Shown: in pieces, positions 1 through 10,189 of the stretch
Position numbering within the stretch: the stretch's first letter is position 1
Layout of the letters: each line of letters opens with the position of its first letter
Source of the DNA: Chrysochromulina tobinii
Lineage: Eukaryota
Direction of reading: 5' to 3'
NCBI GenBank assembly: GCA_001275005.1
Contig: JWZX01003205.1
Span: forward strand, 1-64,000
DNA: 64,000 nt
The notes under the pieces: generated by a model
Told to the model about the DNA's origin: nothing
Databases searched by the model: none
Seen by the model: the letters and a program-made list of their open reading frames with translations, nothing else
Translations under genes and position numbers: made by a program

Positions 1-1920
1 CGAGCCGCACGCCATCCAGCTGCGCCGGGCTGAGGGCGACGTCCCACACCAGCAGGTCCTTCATCTGGCCCGTGAACATCGGGTCGCCGGCCGAGTGGCT
101 CTTGCCCACGTACAGGTTCGAGCGGCTCATCGGCAGCGGGAAGCGCATCGAAGACGTCGTCGCGACGCTCGCACCGTTCCAGTAGATCTGGGCGGGCCCG
201 GAGGTGTCGGTGAGGCTCGCACGCGACTGCACGACCGCGACGTGAGTCCACACGTTTGCGGGGAACGACGGCGGGCTTGCATAGATTTCGGAGTTGTCAT
301 TCCCATGGCGCACATCATACCGCATTGGGTACCAAAATGACACCATGACGCTGTCTGCCCATGGACCGTTGCCGAAATCGATGAGGCGATCCCAAGAAGA
401 TCCTATCAGCGTGCGGTAGACCCACGCGCAGAACGTGAAGCCAAGCCCCCCGCCGACGATTCCGGTGCGCGACGTGGCCGTCAAGAAGGAGGTCGCCGCC
501 CCGGTGAAGGTGTACGCGCCGTCGACGGCGCACGGAGAAGCCGGCGGCAGTGACGGCGGCGGAGGCGACGGCGGCGACGGCGGGGATGGAGGCGGCGCCG
601 CCCCGCACCACGTGCGCATCATCGAGATGAGCGGCGCTGGCGTGCTCGGCAGGCCGCCGCCGAGCCGCACGCCATCCAGCTGCGCCGGGCTAAGGGCGGC
701 GTCCCACATCAGCAGATCCTTCATCTGGCCCGTGAACATCGGATCGGCAGACCAGTGGCTCTTGCCCACGTACAGGTTGGAGCGGCTCACCGGAAGCGGG
801 AAGTGCATCGACGCGCTCGTCGCGACGCTCACACCGTTCCAGTAGATCTGGGCGGGCCCGTAGGCGTCGGCGAGGCTCGCACGCGACTGCACGACCGCGA
901 CGTGAGTCCACACGTTTGCGGGGAATGATGGCGCCGAGCTTGCATAGAACCAGGAGGAGGAACTCCCATGAGTCACATAGTAATGCATTCCGTTTTGGAA
1001 ACTCAGGAAGACGCTGTCTGCGGATGCACCGTTGCCGAAATCGATGACGCGATCATCTGCAGAGCCTGTCCGCGTGCGGTAGACCCACGCGCAGAGCGTG
1101 AAGCCGAACCCCCCGCCCACGATTCCGGTGCGCGACGTGGCCGGCAAGTACGAGGTCGCCGCCCCGGTGAAGCTGTACGCGCCGTCAACGGCGCACGGAG
1201 AAGCCGGCGGCAGCGACGGGGGCCGCGGGGGCGACGGCGGCGACGGCAGCGACGGTGGCGACGGCGGCGACGGCGGCGACGGCGGCGATGGTGGCGGCGA
1301 CGGCGGCGAGGGTGGCGGCGCTGCCCCGCACCACGTGCGCATCATCGAGATGAGCGGCGCTGGCGTGCTCGGCAGGCCGCCGCCGAGGCGCACGCCATCC
1401 AGCTGAGCCGGGCTAAGGGCGACGTCCCACACCAGCAGATCCTTCATCTGGCCCGTGAACATCGGATCCCAACCCCAGTTGCTCTTGCCCACGTACAGGT
1501 TGGAGCGGCTCACCGGAAGCGGGAAGTGCATCGACGCGCTCGTCGCGACGCTCACGCCGTTCCAGTAGATCTGGGCGGGCCCGTAGGCGTCGGCGAGGCT
1601 CGCACGCGACTGCACGACCGCGACGTGAGTCCACACGCTTGTGGGGAATGATGGCGCCGAGCTGGCATAGAACCAGGAGGAGGAACTCCCATGAGTCACA
1701 TAGTAATGCATTCCGTTTTGGAAACTCAGGAAGACGCTGTCTGTGGATGCACCGTTGCCGAAATCGATGACGCGATCATCTACAGAGCCTGTCCGCGTGC
1801 GGTAGACCCACGCGCAGAGCGTGAAGCCGAGCCCCCCGCCCACGATTCCGGTGCGCGACGTGGCCGTCAAGTAGGAGGTCGCCGCCCCGGTGAAGGTGTG
1901 TGCGCCGTCGACGGCGCACA
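1..1920. repeat. Tandem repeat of about 660-720 bp (at least 3 copies) encoding LamG-like domains with SP-rich linkers
   Basis: Near-identical blocks offset by 723 bp (e.g. 968 vs 1691, 690 vs 1413) and 663 bp (435 vs 1098). Confidence 0.95.
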
Positions 1921-4900
1921 GCGGCGGCGGCGGCGACATCGTTTGGCATTCCACGCTCGCCATTCTGCCGAAGCTGAGGAGGATAGCCAGCCAGACTCTC
2001 CATCGAGCACATCCCGGCTGTGACCTTCCTCGCCGACTCCCACGTGCTCCTCGCGTCCCGTCTCGCATCGTGCTCCAACGCAGTGCTCTAAACAGCCCCA
2101 TCAACCGTGCGACGAGGCCAGCCATCGCAAAGAAGGCCATCGAGATTAGGCAAGCGAATCGACCCTTCTCGCCTTGGAGAGCGGTGTAGAGTCGGCATGC
2201 GTGCCGGGGCGACGAGGGGGGATGCATCGGCGGCGGCGGTGGCAAAGGCCGCGGTGACGAGGGTGCGGACGGTGGCGCCAGCGGCGGAGGGGTCATTGAC
2301 TTCGGCGAGGGCGGCGAGGGCGTGCCGGTCGAGATGCTGCCAGAAGTGGGCGGCATCCTCGGAGGCGATGGAGGTGATACAGCCACAGGCGGGGGCGACG
2401 ATTGCACGGCGGTGTGCAATACGCAGTTGGCGCAATCGGCGCCGTAGGCGCACACCGGGAACTCGGAGCTGGAGCCACCGTCATCGCCATCGGCGCAGAA
2501 GCACGTCTCCAAGCAGATGTCCTCGCCCGGGGGTGAACCAGCTGTCGGCAATGGCAGCGGTTGGCGTATGCCGCAGTCGGCGCAGTCGGCGCAGTCGGCG
2601 CAGTCGGCGCAGTCGGCGCAGTCGGTGTCGCACTGGCAATCCGGGTACTCGGCGCCCGAGCCGCCGTCGTCGCAGCAGCCATCCAAGGCATCAACTGGCA
2701 TTCCGATGCGAGTGACAGTGTTGATGCAACGGGCAGAGGGCGCGGCGGGTGCCAGAGGTGTGGACGATGGCCCACAGGGGCGCGGTGGGCCGGAGACCGG
2801 TAGCTGCGGGGGCGAGCGCGGCATGCACGGGGCGCAGTCCACGCAGTCGGCGCCGTACGCGCACATCGGCAACTCGGAGCAGGGGCTGTCGCAATAGTTG
2901 TCCAAGGCGTACACGCACGTGTGCATCCAGAGTATAGGTGGGGCAGGCCTCACCTGAGGCTTGGGTAGGCACTGGCATCCAGTCTCGCTGCTCCGGGAGC
3001 ACGCTGGCGGCAAGAGCTCCGCTCTGGCTCCTGGTGCGATGCTATAGCCCGAGAGGCGGTACTTGAGTGTGTACGTACCTGGGACAAAGACAATGCGGCC
3101 GACGCCTGTGTTGGCGAGTGCACTGAGCAGGCCCGTGCTGGTGGTCACCGCGGTCTGCAGCTCACGGCGGTGGCTCGGCACAAGCTGTACGGTGTACAGC
3201 CTGGGAATGTCGCTGGCCTCGGTGCAGGGCAGTACGGTGCACGGGAGCGGCGGAGGCTGCAATATGGGCAACGAAGGAGGCGGCTGGGATGGCATCCGAA
3301 CGTGTGGAGGCGTTGGAATTGGCGATAGCGGCATGGGCGGGGGCGGTGCCGAGGACCAAGGCGGCGCCGGGGCGGAGTCCGGAGGGTACAAGGATTGCGT
3401 GGGTGGAAGCACTGGTGGGGGTGGTGATAGGCATGGCGGCGGGCGTGTCGGGGATGGCAGCGGCGTTGATGGGGACGACGGAGCCAATGACCATGGGGTA
3501 GGCGACGCGGGCAATGGTGGCAAAGGGAATCGCGGAAACGGAGGGGCCATAACGGGGTTGCTGCCTGCAGAGGTGCTGAGTGCGCTGGTCAGGCTGGGGA
3601 CGACGCCGGCCTGGGCCTGCTGCGCACGACGGTGGTTGAGATGCACTGCCTGCGTCCCAACAGCAAGAGCGCGATGGTTCGTTTCGGCGCCGGTTGAGAC
3701 CACCACGCCCGGGGGATTAGGCGGCGGGCACGTGCCACACGCAACCGGGCACTTGGTCCGCGCGACGAAATATGAGGCACTCGCGGAGGGCTGTGCTGAG
3801 AGGTAGGAGCACGGCAGGGGGGCGCCGCTAGAGTCCAAGGAGCCGCTGTTTACATCATCGGCGCAGAATTGAGTGGGCGGTAGCGGCCGCGTCGGCCGCG
3901 TCTGCGCCGACTCTGCACGATGCTCAACAGTCCCATTGCCATCGGGTGGTGCGGTCGTTGCCATGGCGCTCACCCGCGGGACGAGGAGCACGAGCAAGGC
4001 CAATGCGAAGCGCTGGTTAAATTGCGTCTGATTTGCAAAGCGCTCGTTCGGGCCGGATCGTCTCCGCGACAACGCGCAAATCGCCCAGACGAACGAGGTG
4101 AGCCCGAGCAGCACGAATGCGAGGTCAAAGCACTCCACCCGATTCCAAGGCACACCGTCCGAGTCCGCCGAGTTCTCGGCGGGCTCGCATGCAGTGTCCT
4201 CGTTCGCATTCGTCTGGTCGTACGGGAACGAGTTCTTGCCGTCGGCGTCCCCAATCTTGCCTTTGATGAAGAGCTCCTCGAGTGCGATCTCAAAAACCAT
4301 GCGCGCGCCCTTGCACAGACCGTCGGCCGTCGTCGAGTTACGCTCGGCGCCAGTGCATGTAGCATGGTGAAAGATGGCGCGCGGGTCGATGGTGGACTTG
4401 CCATCTGGGTTGCGGTAGAGGCCAGTGCCACCGACCGCGGTGGACAGGTACGGGCACGACGCCGAGTTCGAGCACGAGCCGTGGTTGCCGCGCAGTGGAC
4501 CGCACTCGATGATGTACGCCATGAGGCCGCCTGCCATCGGCGCGGCCGCCAGGAACCTCTCACGGTCAAGAGGCGAGTCGGCGGCCCAGATGCAGTCGAG
4601 AGACTTGGGGCCGTCGTTGAGATTGCAGGCGAGCTCCGTGCCCACGCTCGTCGACGCGTAAGTGCGGGGGCCGCTGTCGGTGCAGTCGGTGCCAAGGGCG
4701 CAGTCGGTGAGGTTGTATTCAGCGTCGTCGTCGTAAAAACACACCTCGCAGCATATGAGGTCGCCCAAGCGCCAGTTGCACACGTTAAGGTCGTCCCGGA
4801 AGCGGGATTGGGCGGACATGCTGTTGTTGGTTTCGTAGATGCCGCCAGTGCGCTCGACGAAATTGGATGCAAGGCGCTTGCCCGTGGCCCATGCGATGGC

Positions 4901-6679
4901 CATGGCCACGCAGCACTCGGATTCGGGGCACTTGGCATCCGAGCGGCCGTCGAGGGCGAGGAGGCTGCCAGGGAAGTGCATCTGAAAACGATAGAACTCG
5001 TCGCCCGAGTTGGAAGAATCACCAGCGAAGGTAAACGGGGCCGAGATGACGGGCACAGGAAACCCACCGGGTGGTGCGGGCGGCTGTGAAGGTGGTGGAG
5101 GCGAGGATGGCGGGGGAGGCGGCAGCGACAGCGGCAACGGCAACGGCGGGGATGGCTGCAAGGACGGCGGCGGCGATGGGGGCGGCGATGGAGGCGGCGA
5201 CGGGGGCGGCAAAGGAGGCGGCAGCGATGGCGAAGAGGGGGGCGGCGGAGACGGCGGAGACGGCGGAGACGGTGGAGACAGCGACTGGGATGGCGGCGGG
5301 GATGGTGGCGGGGACGGCGGCGGAGATGGCGGCGACCATGGTAGCAACGGCGTCGGCGGCGGAGGCGACGACGGTGGCGACGGTGAGGACGACGGAGGCG
5401 GAGATGGGGGCGGCGACGGCGCGGGCGAGGGCTGCGGCGGCAGCGACATCAAGGGCGATTGAGGCGGCGGCGGCGCCGTCGGGGGCGATTGAGGCGGTGA
5501 CGGAGACGGCAATGGAGGCGGCAATGGCGGGGGCGACGAGGGCTGTGATGGAGGCGGCGACTGGGACGGCGACGGGGGCGGCGGCGATGGAGAAGGGGGA
5601 AGTTGGGATGGCGGCAGAGACTGCGATTGAGACGGCGGCGGGGATGGCCATGGTGGCGTTGGCGGCGGCTGTGGCGGTGGTGGTGGCGAGGGTGGCGGAG
5701 AGGGTGGCGGTGAGGGTGGCGGAGACGGAGGCGGAGAAGGCGGCGTTGACGGAGGAGGTGGTGAGGGTGGCGGTGAGGGTAGTTGTGAGGGCGGTTGAGG
5801 CAATGGAGGCGGGCTTGGCAGTGGCGATAGCGGTGGTGGATGCAGCAGAGATGGAGGGTGCGGCAAGAGGGGGGGGGACGGCTTGGGGGACGGCAGGGGA
5901 GATGCCGGAGGCGACGGAGGCGGCGGAGATGGTGGGGGCGGCGACGGCAGTTGCGGCGATGGAGGCGGCGGACATGGCGGCTGTAGCGAGGGAGCCGGCG
6001 ATGGCAACGGCGATGGCGGCGGCGACTGCGGAGATGGAGGTCGAGACGGGGGGCGTGGGGATGGCGGCGGTGATGGCAGTGGCGATGGAGGCTGCGGAGA
6101 TGGTCGGGACGGCGAGGGTGGAGGCGACGGTGGCGACGACGACGGCGACGGCGGTTGCGGCGACAGCGGCGATGACGAAGGGGGCGACGAAGGAGGCGAT
6201 GAGGGTGGCGGTGAGTAGGCGGACCAGATGAAGACGAGTGAATCGGGGCCATCATTGGGGATGCAGGTGAGCTTCGTGCCCACGACCGTCGACGCATCAG
6301 GGCTCGGCGAGGCGGAGATGTTCGCCACGCGCTCCGGCGACATGTTGCGCTCGCGGTCGACCTTGTCCGACGAGGCGCGCGTCGCAAACGTGGGCGCAGT
6401 GAAGAAGGCCGCGAACCGCTCGAGCGCCTGCTCAAGATTGCTGCTGACCACCTTGAAGAATAAGTGGGTTTTCGCCATGACCGTCGCCACGAGGTTCGGC
6501 TCCGGTGACATGTGGGGGCTCGGCGAGGCGGAGATTTTCGCCACGCGCTCCGGCAACATGTAGCGCTCGCGGTCGACCTGGTCCGACGAGGCGCGCGTCG
6601 TAATCGTGGGCGCCAATGTTGAGGTCGCTCTCTCGGTGCGCGTGGCCAGGACGGCGGTAAGTAGGAGGAAGGGCAACAT
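1..6679 (-). CDS. Giant secreted/membrane multidomain protein (>2226 aa, 3' end outside window): signal peptide, Ser/Pro-rich linkers, Cys-rich modules, ShKT-like domain, two internal TM+signal hairpins, tandem LamG/ConA-like (Laminin_G_3) domains
   Basis: Manual minus-strand translation from ATG at 6679 (MLPFLLLTAVLA...). No ORF in this frame appears in the track, consistent with no stop before the window edge. LamG repeat reads FTLCAWVY..RVIDFGNG..WTHVAVV..IYWNG..LYVGKSHW..MFTGQMKDLLMWDAALS. ShKT-like CADD..C..KCPVACGTC at 3728-3865. CDDGG..E..C..DCxDCG modules at about 2410-2920. Confidence 0.85.
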   Translation of the reverse strand, partial: MLPFLLLTAVLATRTERATSTLAPTITTRASSDQVDRERYMLPERVAKISASPSPHMSPEPNLVATVMAKTHLFFKVVSSNLEQALERFAAFFTAPTFATRASSDKVDRERNMSPERVANISASPSPDASTVVGTKLTCIPNDGPDSLVFIWSAYSPPPSSPPSSPPSSSPLSPQPPSPSSSPPSPPPSPSRPSPQPPSPLPSPPPSPRPPSRPPSPQSPPPSPLPSPAPSLQPPCPPPPSPQLPSPPPPSPPPPSPPASPLPSPKPSPPLLPHPPSLLHPPPLSPLPSPPPLPQPPSQLPSPPPSPPPPSTPPSPPPSPPPSPPPSPPPSPPPPPQPPPTPPWPSPPPSQSQSLPPSQLPPSPSPPPPSPSQSPPPSQPSSPPPLPPPLPSPSPPQSPPTAPPPPQSPLMSLPPQPSPAPSPPPSPPPSSSPSPPSSPPPPTPLLPWSPPSPPPSPPPSPPPSQSLSPPSPPSPPSPPPPSSPSLPPPLPPPSPPPSPPPSPPPSLQPSPPLPLPLSLPPPPPSSPPPPSQPPAPPGGFPVPVISAPFTFAGDSSNSGDEFYRFQMHFPGSLLALDGRSDAKCPESECCVAMAIAWATGKRLASNFVERTGGIYETNNSMSAQSRFRDDLNVCNWRLGDLICCEVCFYDDDAEYNLTDCALGTDCTDSGPRTYASTSVGTELACNLNDGPKSLDCIWAADSPLDRERFLAAAPMAGGLMAYIIECGPLRGNHGSCSNSASCPYLSTAVGGTGLYRNPDGKSTIDPRAIFHHATCTGAERNSTTADGLCKGARMVFEIALEELFIKGKIGDADGKNSFPYDQTNANEDTACEPAENSADSDGVPWNRVECFDLAFVLLGLTSFVWAICALSRRRSGPNERFANQTQFNQRFALALLVLLVPRVSAMATTAPPDGNGTVEHRAESAQTRPTRPLPPTQFCADDVNSGSLDSSGAPLPCSYLSAQPSASASYFVARTKCPVACGTCPPPNPPGVVVSTGAETNHRALAVGTQAVHLNHRRAQQAQAGVVPSLTSALSTSAGSNPVMAPPFPRFPLPPLPASPTPWSLAPSSPSTPLPSPTRPPPCLSPPPPVLPPTQSLYPPDSAPAPPWSSAPPPPMPLSPIPTPPHVRMPSQPPPSLPILQPPPLPCTVLPCTEASDIPRLYTVQLVPSHRRELQTAVTTSTGLLSALANTGVGRIVFVPGTYTLKYRLSGYSIAPGARAELLPPACSRSSETGCQCLPKPQVRPAPPILWMHTCVYALDNYCDSPCSELPMCAYGADCVDCAPCMPRSPPQLPVSGPPRPCGPSSTPLAPAAPSARCINTVTRIGMPVDALDGCCDDGGSGAEYPDCQCDTDCADCADCADCADCADCGIRQPLPLPTAGSPPGEDICLETCFCADGDDGGSSSEFPVCAYGADCANCVLHTAVQSSPPPVAVSPPSPPRMPPTSGSISTGTPSPPSPKSMTPPPLAPPSAPSSPRPLPPPPPMHPPSSPRHACRLYTALQGEKGRFACLISMAFFAMAGLVARLMGLFRALRWSTMRDGTRGARGSRRGRSQPGCARWRVWLAILLSFGRMASVECQTMSPPPPLCAVDGAHTFTGAATSYLTATSRTGIVGGGLGFTLCAWVYRTRTGSVDDRVIDFGNGASTDSVFLSFQNGMHYYVTHGSSSSWFYASSAPSFPTSVWTHVAVVQSRASLADAYGPAQIYWNGVSVATSASMHFPLPVSRSNLYVGKSNWGWDPMFTGQMKDLLVWDVALSPAQLDGVRLGGGLPSTPAPLISMMRTWCGAAPPPSPPSPPPSPPSPPSPPSPPSLPSPPSPPRPPSLPPASPCAVDGAYSFTGAATSYLPATSRTGIVGGGFGFTLCAWVYRTRTGSADDRVIDFGNGASADSVFLSFQNGMHYYVTHGSSSSWFYASSAPSFPANVWTHVAVVQSRASLADAYGPAQIYWNGVSVATSASMHFPLPVSRSNLYVGKSHWSADPMFTGQMKDLLMWDAALSPAQLDGVRLGGGLPSTPAPLISMMRTWCGAAPPPSPPSPPSPPPPSLPPASPCAVDGAYTFTGAATSFLTATSRTGIVGGGLGFTFCAWVYRTLIGSSWDRLIDFGNGPWADSVMVSFWYPMRYDVRHGNDNSEIYASPPSFPANVWTHVAVVQSRASLTDTSGPAQIYWNGASVATTSSMRFPLPMSRSNLYVGKSHSAGDPMFTGQMKDLLVWDVALSPAQLDGVRL

Positions 6680-7498
6680 TTGTGGAGCTGTTGCTGTGTG
6701 GAATCCACAGGAAAGGCTCAACTAACGAGTGTTACCGGTACAAGTTTATCAAGGGAAGCGCAATTGGGGCTTCGATATTTAGCGATGTGGGGTACTTTCG
6801 GACGCTAGGCGGCCTTACGAACGGAGTATGCTTACCGGGTTCGCTGGGGGTGGCCTCTTCTGAGTCGGCCGCGGGGGGCGGTCGACTCCGGGCCTGCGGC
6901 TCTTAAGTCGGCCACGGCTTCGGTCGTCGCGCTGACGTGCGGGTTGTGTGTTGTTGGTGGGTTTGGATGGTTGTGAGGTTCGTCTGTGCGGTCCGTGTGC
7001 CTTTGTGCGTCCGCGTGTCCCGTGTGTGTCCCGGCTCCCCCCGGTGTCTTTTTACCGGGTGCTTTTAGAGAGAACGGGCACAGGGACCCCTGACAGGGAC
7101 CCGTGCGGCCGTGGCCGGGCACGGTTAGAACGTAGGATTTTGACGCTCGTGCTAAAATATGTAATACGAACAGACCAGCATGGCAGCATGCAAACGGCTG
7201 CGTTACATTCACCTGACATAAGACATCTGTCGCTCTACATGTACATACTCAAACACGTCCGAGCCTGTCCGAGGAAGCGGGAAGGTGAGCTTAAAGTGAG
7301 CGCTGAGCGGGAAGGTGAGTCGATCTATGAGATCGTGGGGAATGTAGCGGCGACTCGAGGCGTATCATCTGAGGTGTAGGGAGGCGTGACATTAGGGACA
7401 ACAGGGCAGCACCACTCAGCATGTCGCTCGCTTGTTGAACGGTTCCGGGTGGGCGTTCATCACGGCGCGATTTTGAGGTGAGAACGATCTCTTGTGCC

Positions 7499-7894
7499 AT
7501 GCCGACTCCCGAAGACGAAATCATCGCAGCGACGACTCGCCTCCTTGGCACGGTCGCCACGGGCGACTATACTGCGTACTCGCAGATGGTCGACCCATCG
7601 TTGACGTGCGTCGAGCCCGAGACGAACGGCAACATCATCGTGGGTCTGCCCTTCCACAAATACTTCTTCGATCTGGTGAGGGCGCACCAGCCCGTCGCAC
7701 CCACGCCGAAGCTCAATACCGTGTGCTCGCCGCACGTGCGAATGCTCGGGCCAGACCACGCTCTCATCGTATATGTCAGGGTCATCCAGCAGGGCGATAA
7801 GATTAGCACTGGCGAGGAGACGCGGGTTTGGAAGCGAGACCCCGTGAGTAAAGAATGGCGCAACGTCCACTTCCATCGCTCCAGCAAACTTTAG
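7499..7894 (+). CDS. Standalone CaMKII association (hub) domain protein, NTF2/SnoaL-like fold
   Basis: EIIAATTRLL..GDYTAY..DPSLTCVEPE..GNII.GLPFHKYFF..PHVRMLG..A.IVYVRVIQ..EETRVW..WRNVHFHRS matches the CaMKII hub. No kinase domain adjacent. Confidence 0.9.
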   Translation: MPTPEDEIIAATTRLLGTVATGDYTAYSQMVDPSLTCVEPETNGNIIVGLPFHKYFFDLVRAHQPVAPTPKLNTVCSPHVRMLGPDHALIVYVRVIQQGDKISTGEETRVWKRDPVSKEWRNVHFHRSSKL

Positions 7895-8389
7895 GGCCTC
7901 GCCGCACGCACACCGTGGTGCATCTTTGAGGTTGCAGTGGTGCACGAGACCGACGCGAGTATGGTTTCGTGTATAGACTGGCGGTGGCCCCCAGTGCCCA
8001 GACCCCAATGGCAGTGCAGATCGTGACGTCGAGATTCCTACGCTCTGCGCGAATGTGCGCGCATGGTGTGCGCACAATCAAAACTCTGTTACACAAGTCA
8101 CCGCGCTGGCTCGGCTGGTGCTTCCAAAGCCTGAAACACCTTGCCAGGACCTGTACACAAGAAGGAGGTCCTCTGACAGCTGTCCGCGCGCCATGCCGCG
8201 CGCGCGGACCGGGCGCGGGCGGTATCTCTGTATGAAGACTCTCGTCTCGTTGCCGCCCCCGACTGTCCTCGGACCCCGCGATCGCGTGGCTTTCGACCCC
8301 CCGCGAGAAACTAAAGGTCCAAGTACCCCGCCTCCCGTCTTCCGCATCTTCCCAACTCCGAAGCCAATCATCAGATCGGGTCGCAGAGC

Positions 8390-10069
8390 TCAGTCGTCGT
8401 AGAGAGAGATGCTGCGCAAGGTCTGCTTGCCTGCGCCGCGTGGCGCCGTCGCGAGCACGCGCTGAGCCGAATCTTTATACGACGGGCGCGCGAGTGGGCC
8501 GGACATGCTGCACCGGCGTCGCCCGCTTCTCCCGTTGAGCGCTGTCAGTGCGGCGCTCACCTCAGCGCTCACCTCAGCGGAGCTGGCCGGTGCCTCCGAG
8601 ATCGACTCCGAGATCGACTCTTGCTCGTCAACGTCCTCGCCTTCGCTCGAGGTCTCGTAGTCGGCTTCGTCGAAGGTGGGCGGCGGCAGCGAGGCGGCAG
8701 CGGCATTGGGGCCTTCGTGGGCGTGCGACGAGAGAGGCTCGTCTTGAGGCTCTTCCCAGCCATGCTCCCAGCCATCGTCCCAGCAGTCGGGCGACTTCAT
8801 CAGCGGCTCCGGCGACGGCGCTGCGGCGGTCGCCGGGCTGCTCGCCGCCGGGTTGATCGCCGCCGGGCTCATCGCCGCCGGGCTGCTCGCCGCCGGGCTG
8901 CTCGCCGCTGGGTTAATCGCCGCTGGGTTAATCGCCGCCGGGCTCATCGCCGCCGGGCTGCTCGCTGCTGGGCTCATCGCCGCCGGGCTCGCCGCACTTC
9001 TCGCCCACACGCTTGCTGGGCTACTCGCCAGGCTGCGCGAGCGCCTCGTCTCCTCTGCAGTCGCTTCTTGGCCGACAGCGCTTCCGACGCATGCCTTGTC
9101 GCCATCGCGCCTCGGGGAGCTGCTCGGGGGGCAGACGTCGGCGACGGCGTCGAGGATCATCGTCCACGTTGTAGGCCGGCGCAAGCCACTTGAGGCGCCT
9201 GCTGCAGAGCCGCGCGCGGGTAATGGCGCTAGTTGAGAGGTGGCTGCGATCGGGTGGTGTAGCAGACTTGTAGGCGGAGAACATGCGATCGGCGCGGACG
9301 AGCCTACGGTCGCATCGTCAGCCTCGTCGTCGGCGCCTGCCTCGCCGTCGTCGCCACGCGCCTCCATCTCGCCATGGTCGCTGGCGTCTCCGTCGTCCGA
9401 CGACGAGGACGGCAGTGGCACTTGAGCCGCGATCGCTACCTCGTCTTCGCCGATGCGCTTGCGCAAGGGCGGGCCACTGAGGCTGAGCTGCCGCAGGTTG
9501 AGGCCAAGGCCGACCGGCTTGCGCACGGGCGCGCGGCTCTCCCGGGCGGCCCCGAAGGTGCGGGCGGGCGGCAGTGCATGGAAGCGTGCCTGCTGCCGTG
9601 TCTGGAACAACTCGGAGCACGGCGATGGCGACGGCTGGGCCGGCGGCGCGCTCATCGCTGCCAGCGATGGCGTGCTCAGCGGCGGCGGCAGCACGCCCAT
9701 ACGGCCGCGGGCTCCGAGTGCCGCGTGCAAGTCCTTGACCAGAACGTTCGCTTCAACGAGGCTAGCACGTAGCCGATCGGCCTCGACGCGGAGCTCGCGG
9801 TTCTGGATGACCACCTTCTTGAACTCAACGCCTACCTCGTCCGCCCGTCGGTGAACCCTGGCGAGCTCCCGCACGAAGCGCAGGATCTCCTCGTCCTTCT
9901 TGACGCGCACCTGTAGAGCGTGCGCCGACTGTGTCGCGAGGGCCGCCTTGAGGCGCTCGATGCTCTCATTCTTCTGGTGGAGCAGCACCTCGAACGAGCA
10001 CATGACGTCCCCCATGGCGACTGGAGACTTGGTCGTGCGACAGATGCATGCTAAATCGCCGCGATTCAT
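8390..10069 (-). CDS. Hypothetical protein: N-terminal coiled coil, low-complexity middle with (S/N)PAA(M/I/S) pentapeptide repeats, basic C-terminus
   Basis: 559-aa ORF. Heptad-rich N-terminus. 15-bp tandem repeats at about 8830-8990. Confidence 0.6.
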   Translation of the reverse strand: MNRGDLACICRTTKSPVAMGDVMCSFEVLLHQKNESIERLKAALATQSAHALQVRVKKDEEILRFVRELARVHRRADEVGVEFKKVVIQNRELRVEADRLRASLVEANVLVKDLHAALGARGRMGVLPPPLSTPSLAAMSAPPAQPSPSPCSELFQTRQQARFHALPPARTFGAARESRAPVRKPVGLGLNLRQLSLSGPPLRKRIGEDEVAIAAQVPLPSSSSDDGDASDHGEMEARGDDGEAGADDEADDATVGSSAPIACSPPTSLLHHPIAATSQLAPLPARGSAAGASSGLRRPTTWTMILDAVADVCPPSSSPRRDGDKACVGSAVGQEATAEETRRSRSLASSPASVWARSAASPAAMSPAASSPAAMSPAAINPAAINPAASSPAASSPAAMSPAAINPAASSPATAAAPSPEPLMKSPDCWDDGWEHGWEEPQDEPLSSHAHEGPNAAAASLPPPTFDEADYETSSEGEDVDEQESISESISEAPASSAEVSAEVSAALTALNGRSGRRRCSMSGPLARPSYKDSAQRVLATAPRGAGKQTLRSISLYDD

Positions 10070-10189
10070 GAACGAAACTGAACTGTGAGTTCATTAGATG
10101 GAATACGAACTATTTTCACAGTCCGTTGCGGTCCTATTGCGGTCCCTCAACATTGAACTATTTTACTGCAGACGAAGCTCTGGAATACT

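Noticed and set aside
3063..6563. Long Gly-rich or Ala-rich ORFs (e.g. 3920-5089+, 5010-5462+, 5071-6231+, 5019-5975-, 5449-6708-)
   Set aside because: They are shadow frames of the Ser/Pro-rich giant minus-strand ORF starting at 6679.
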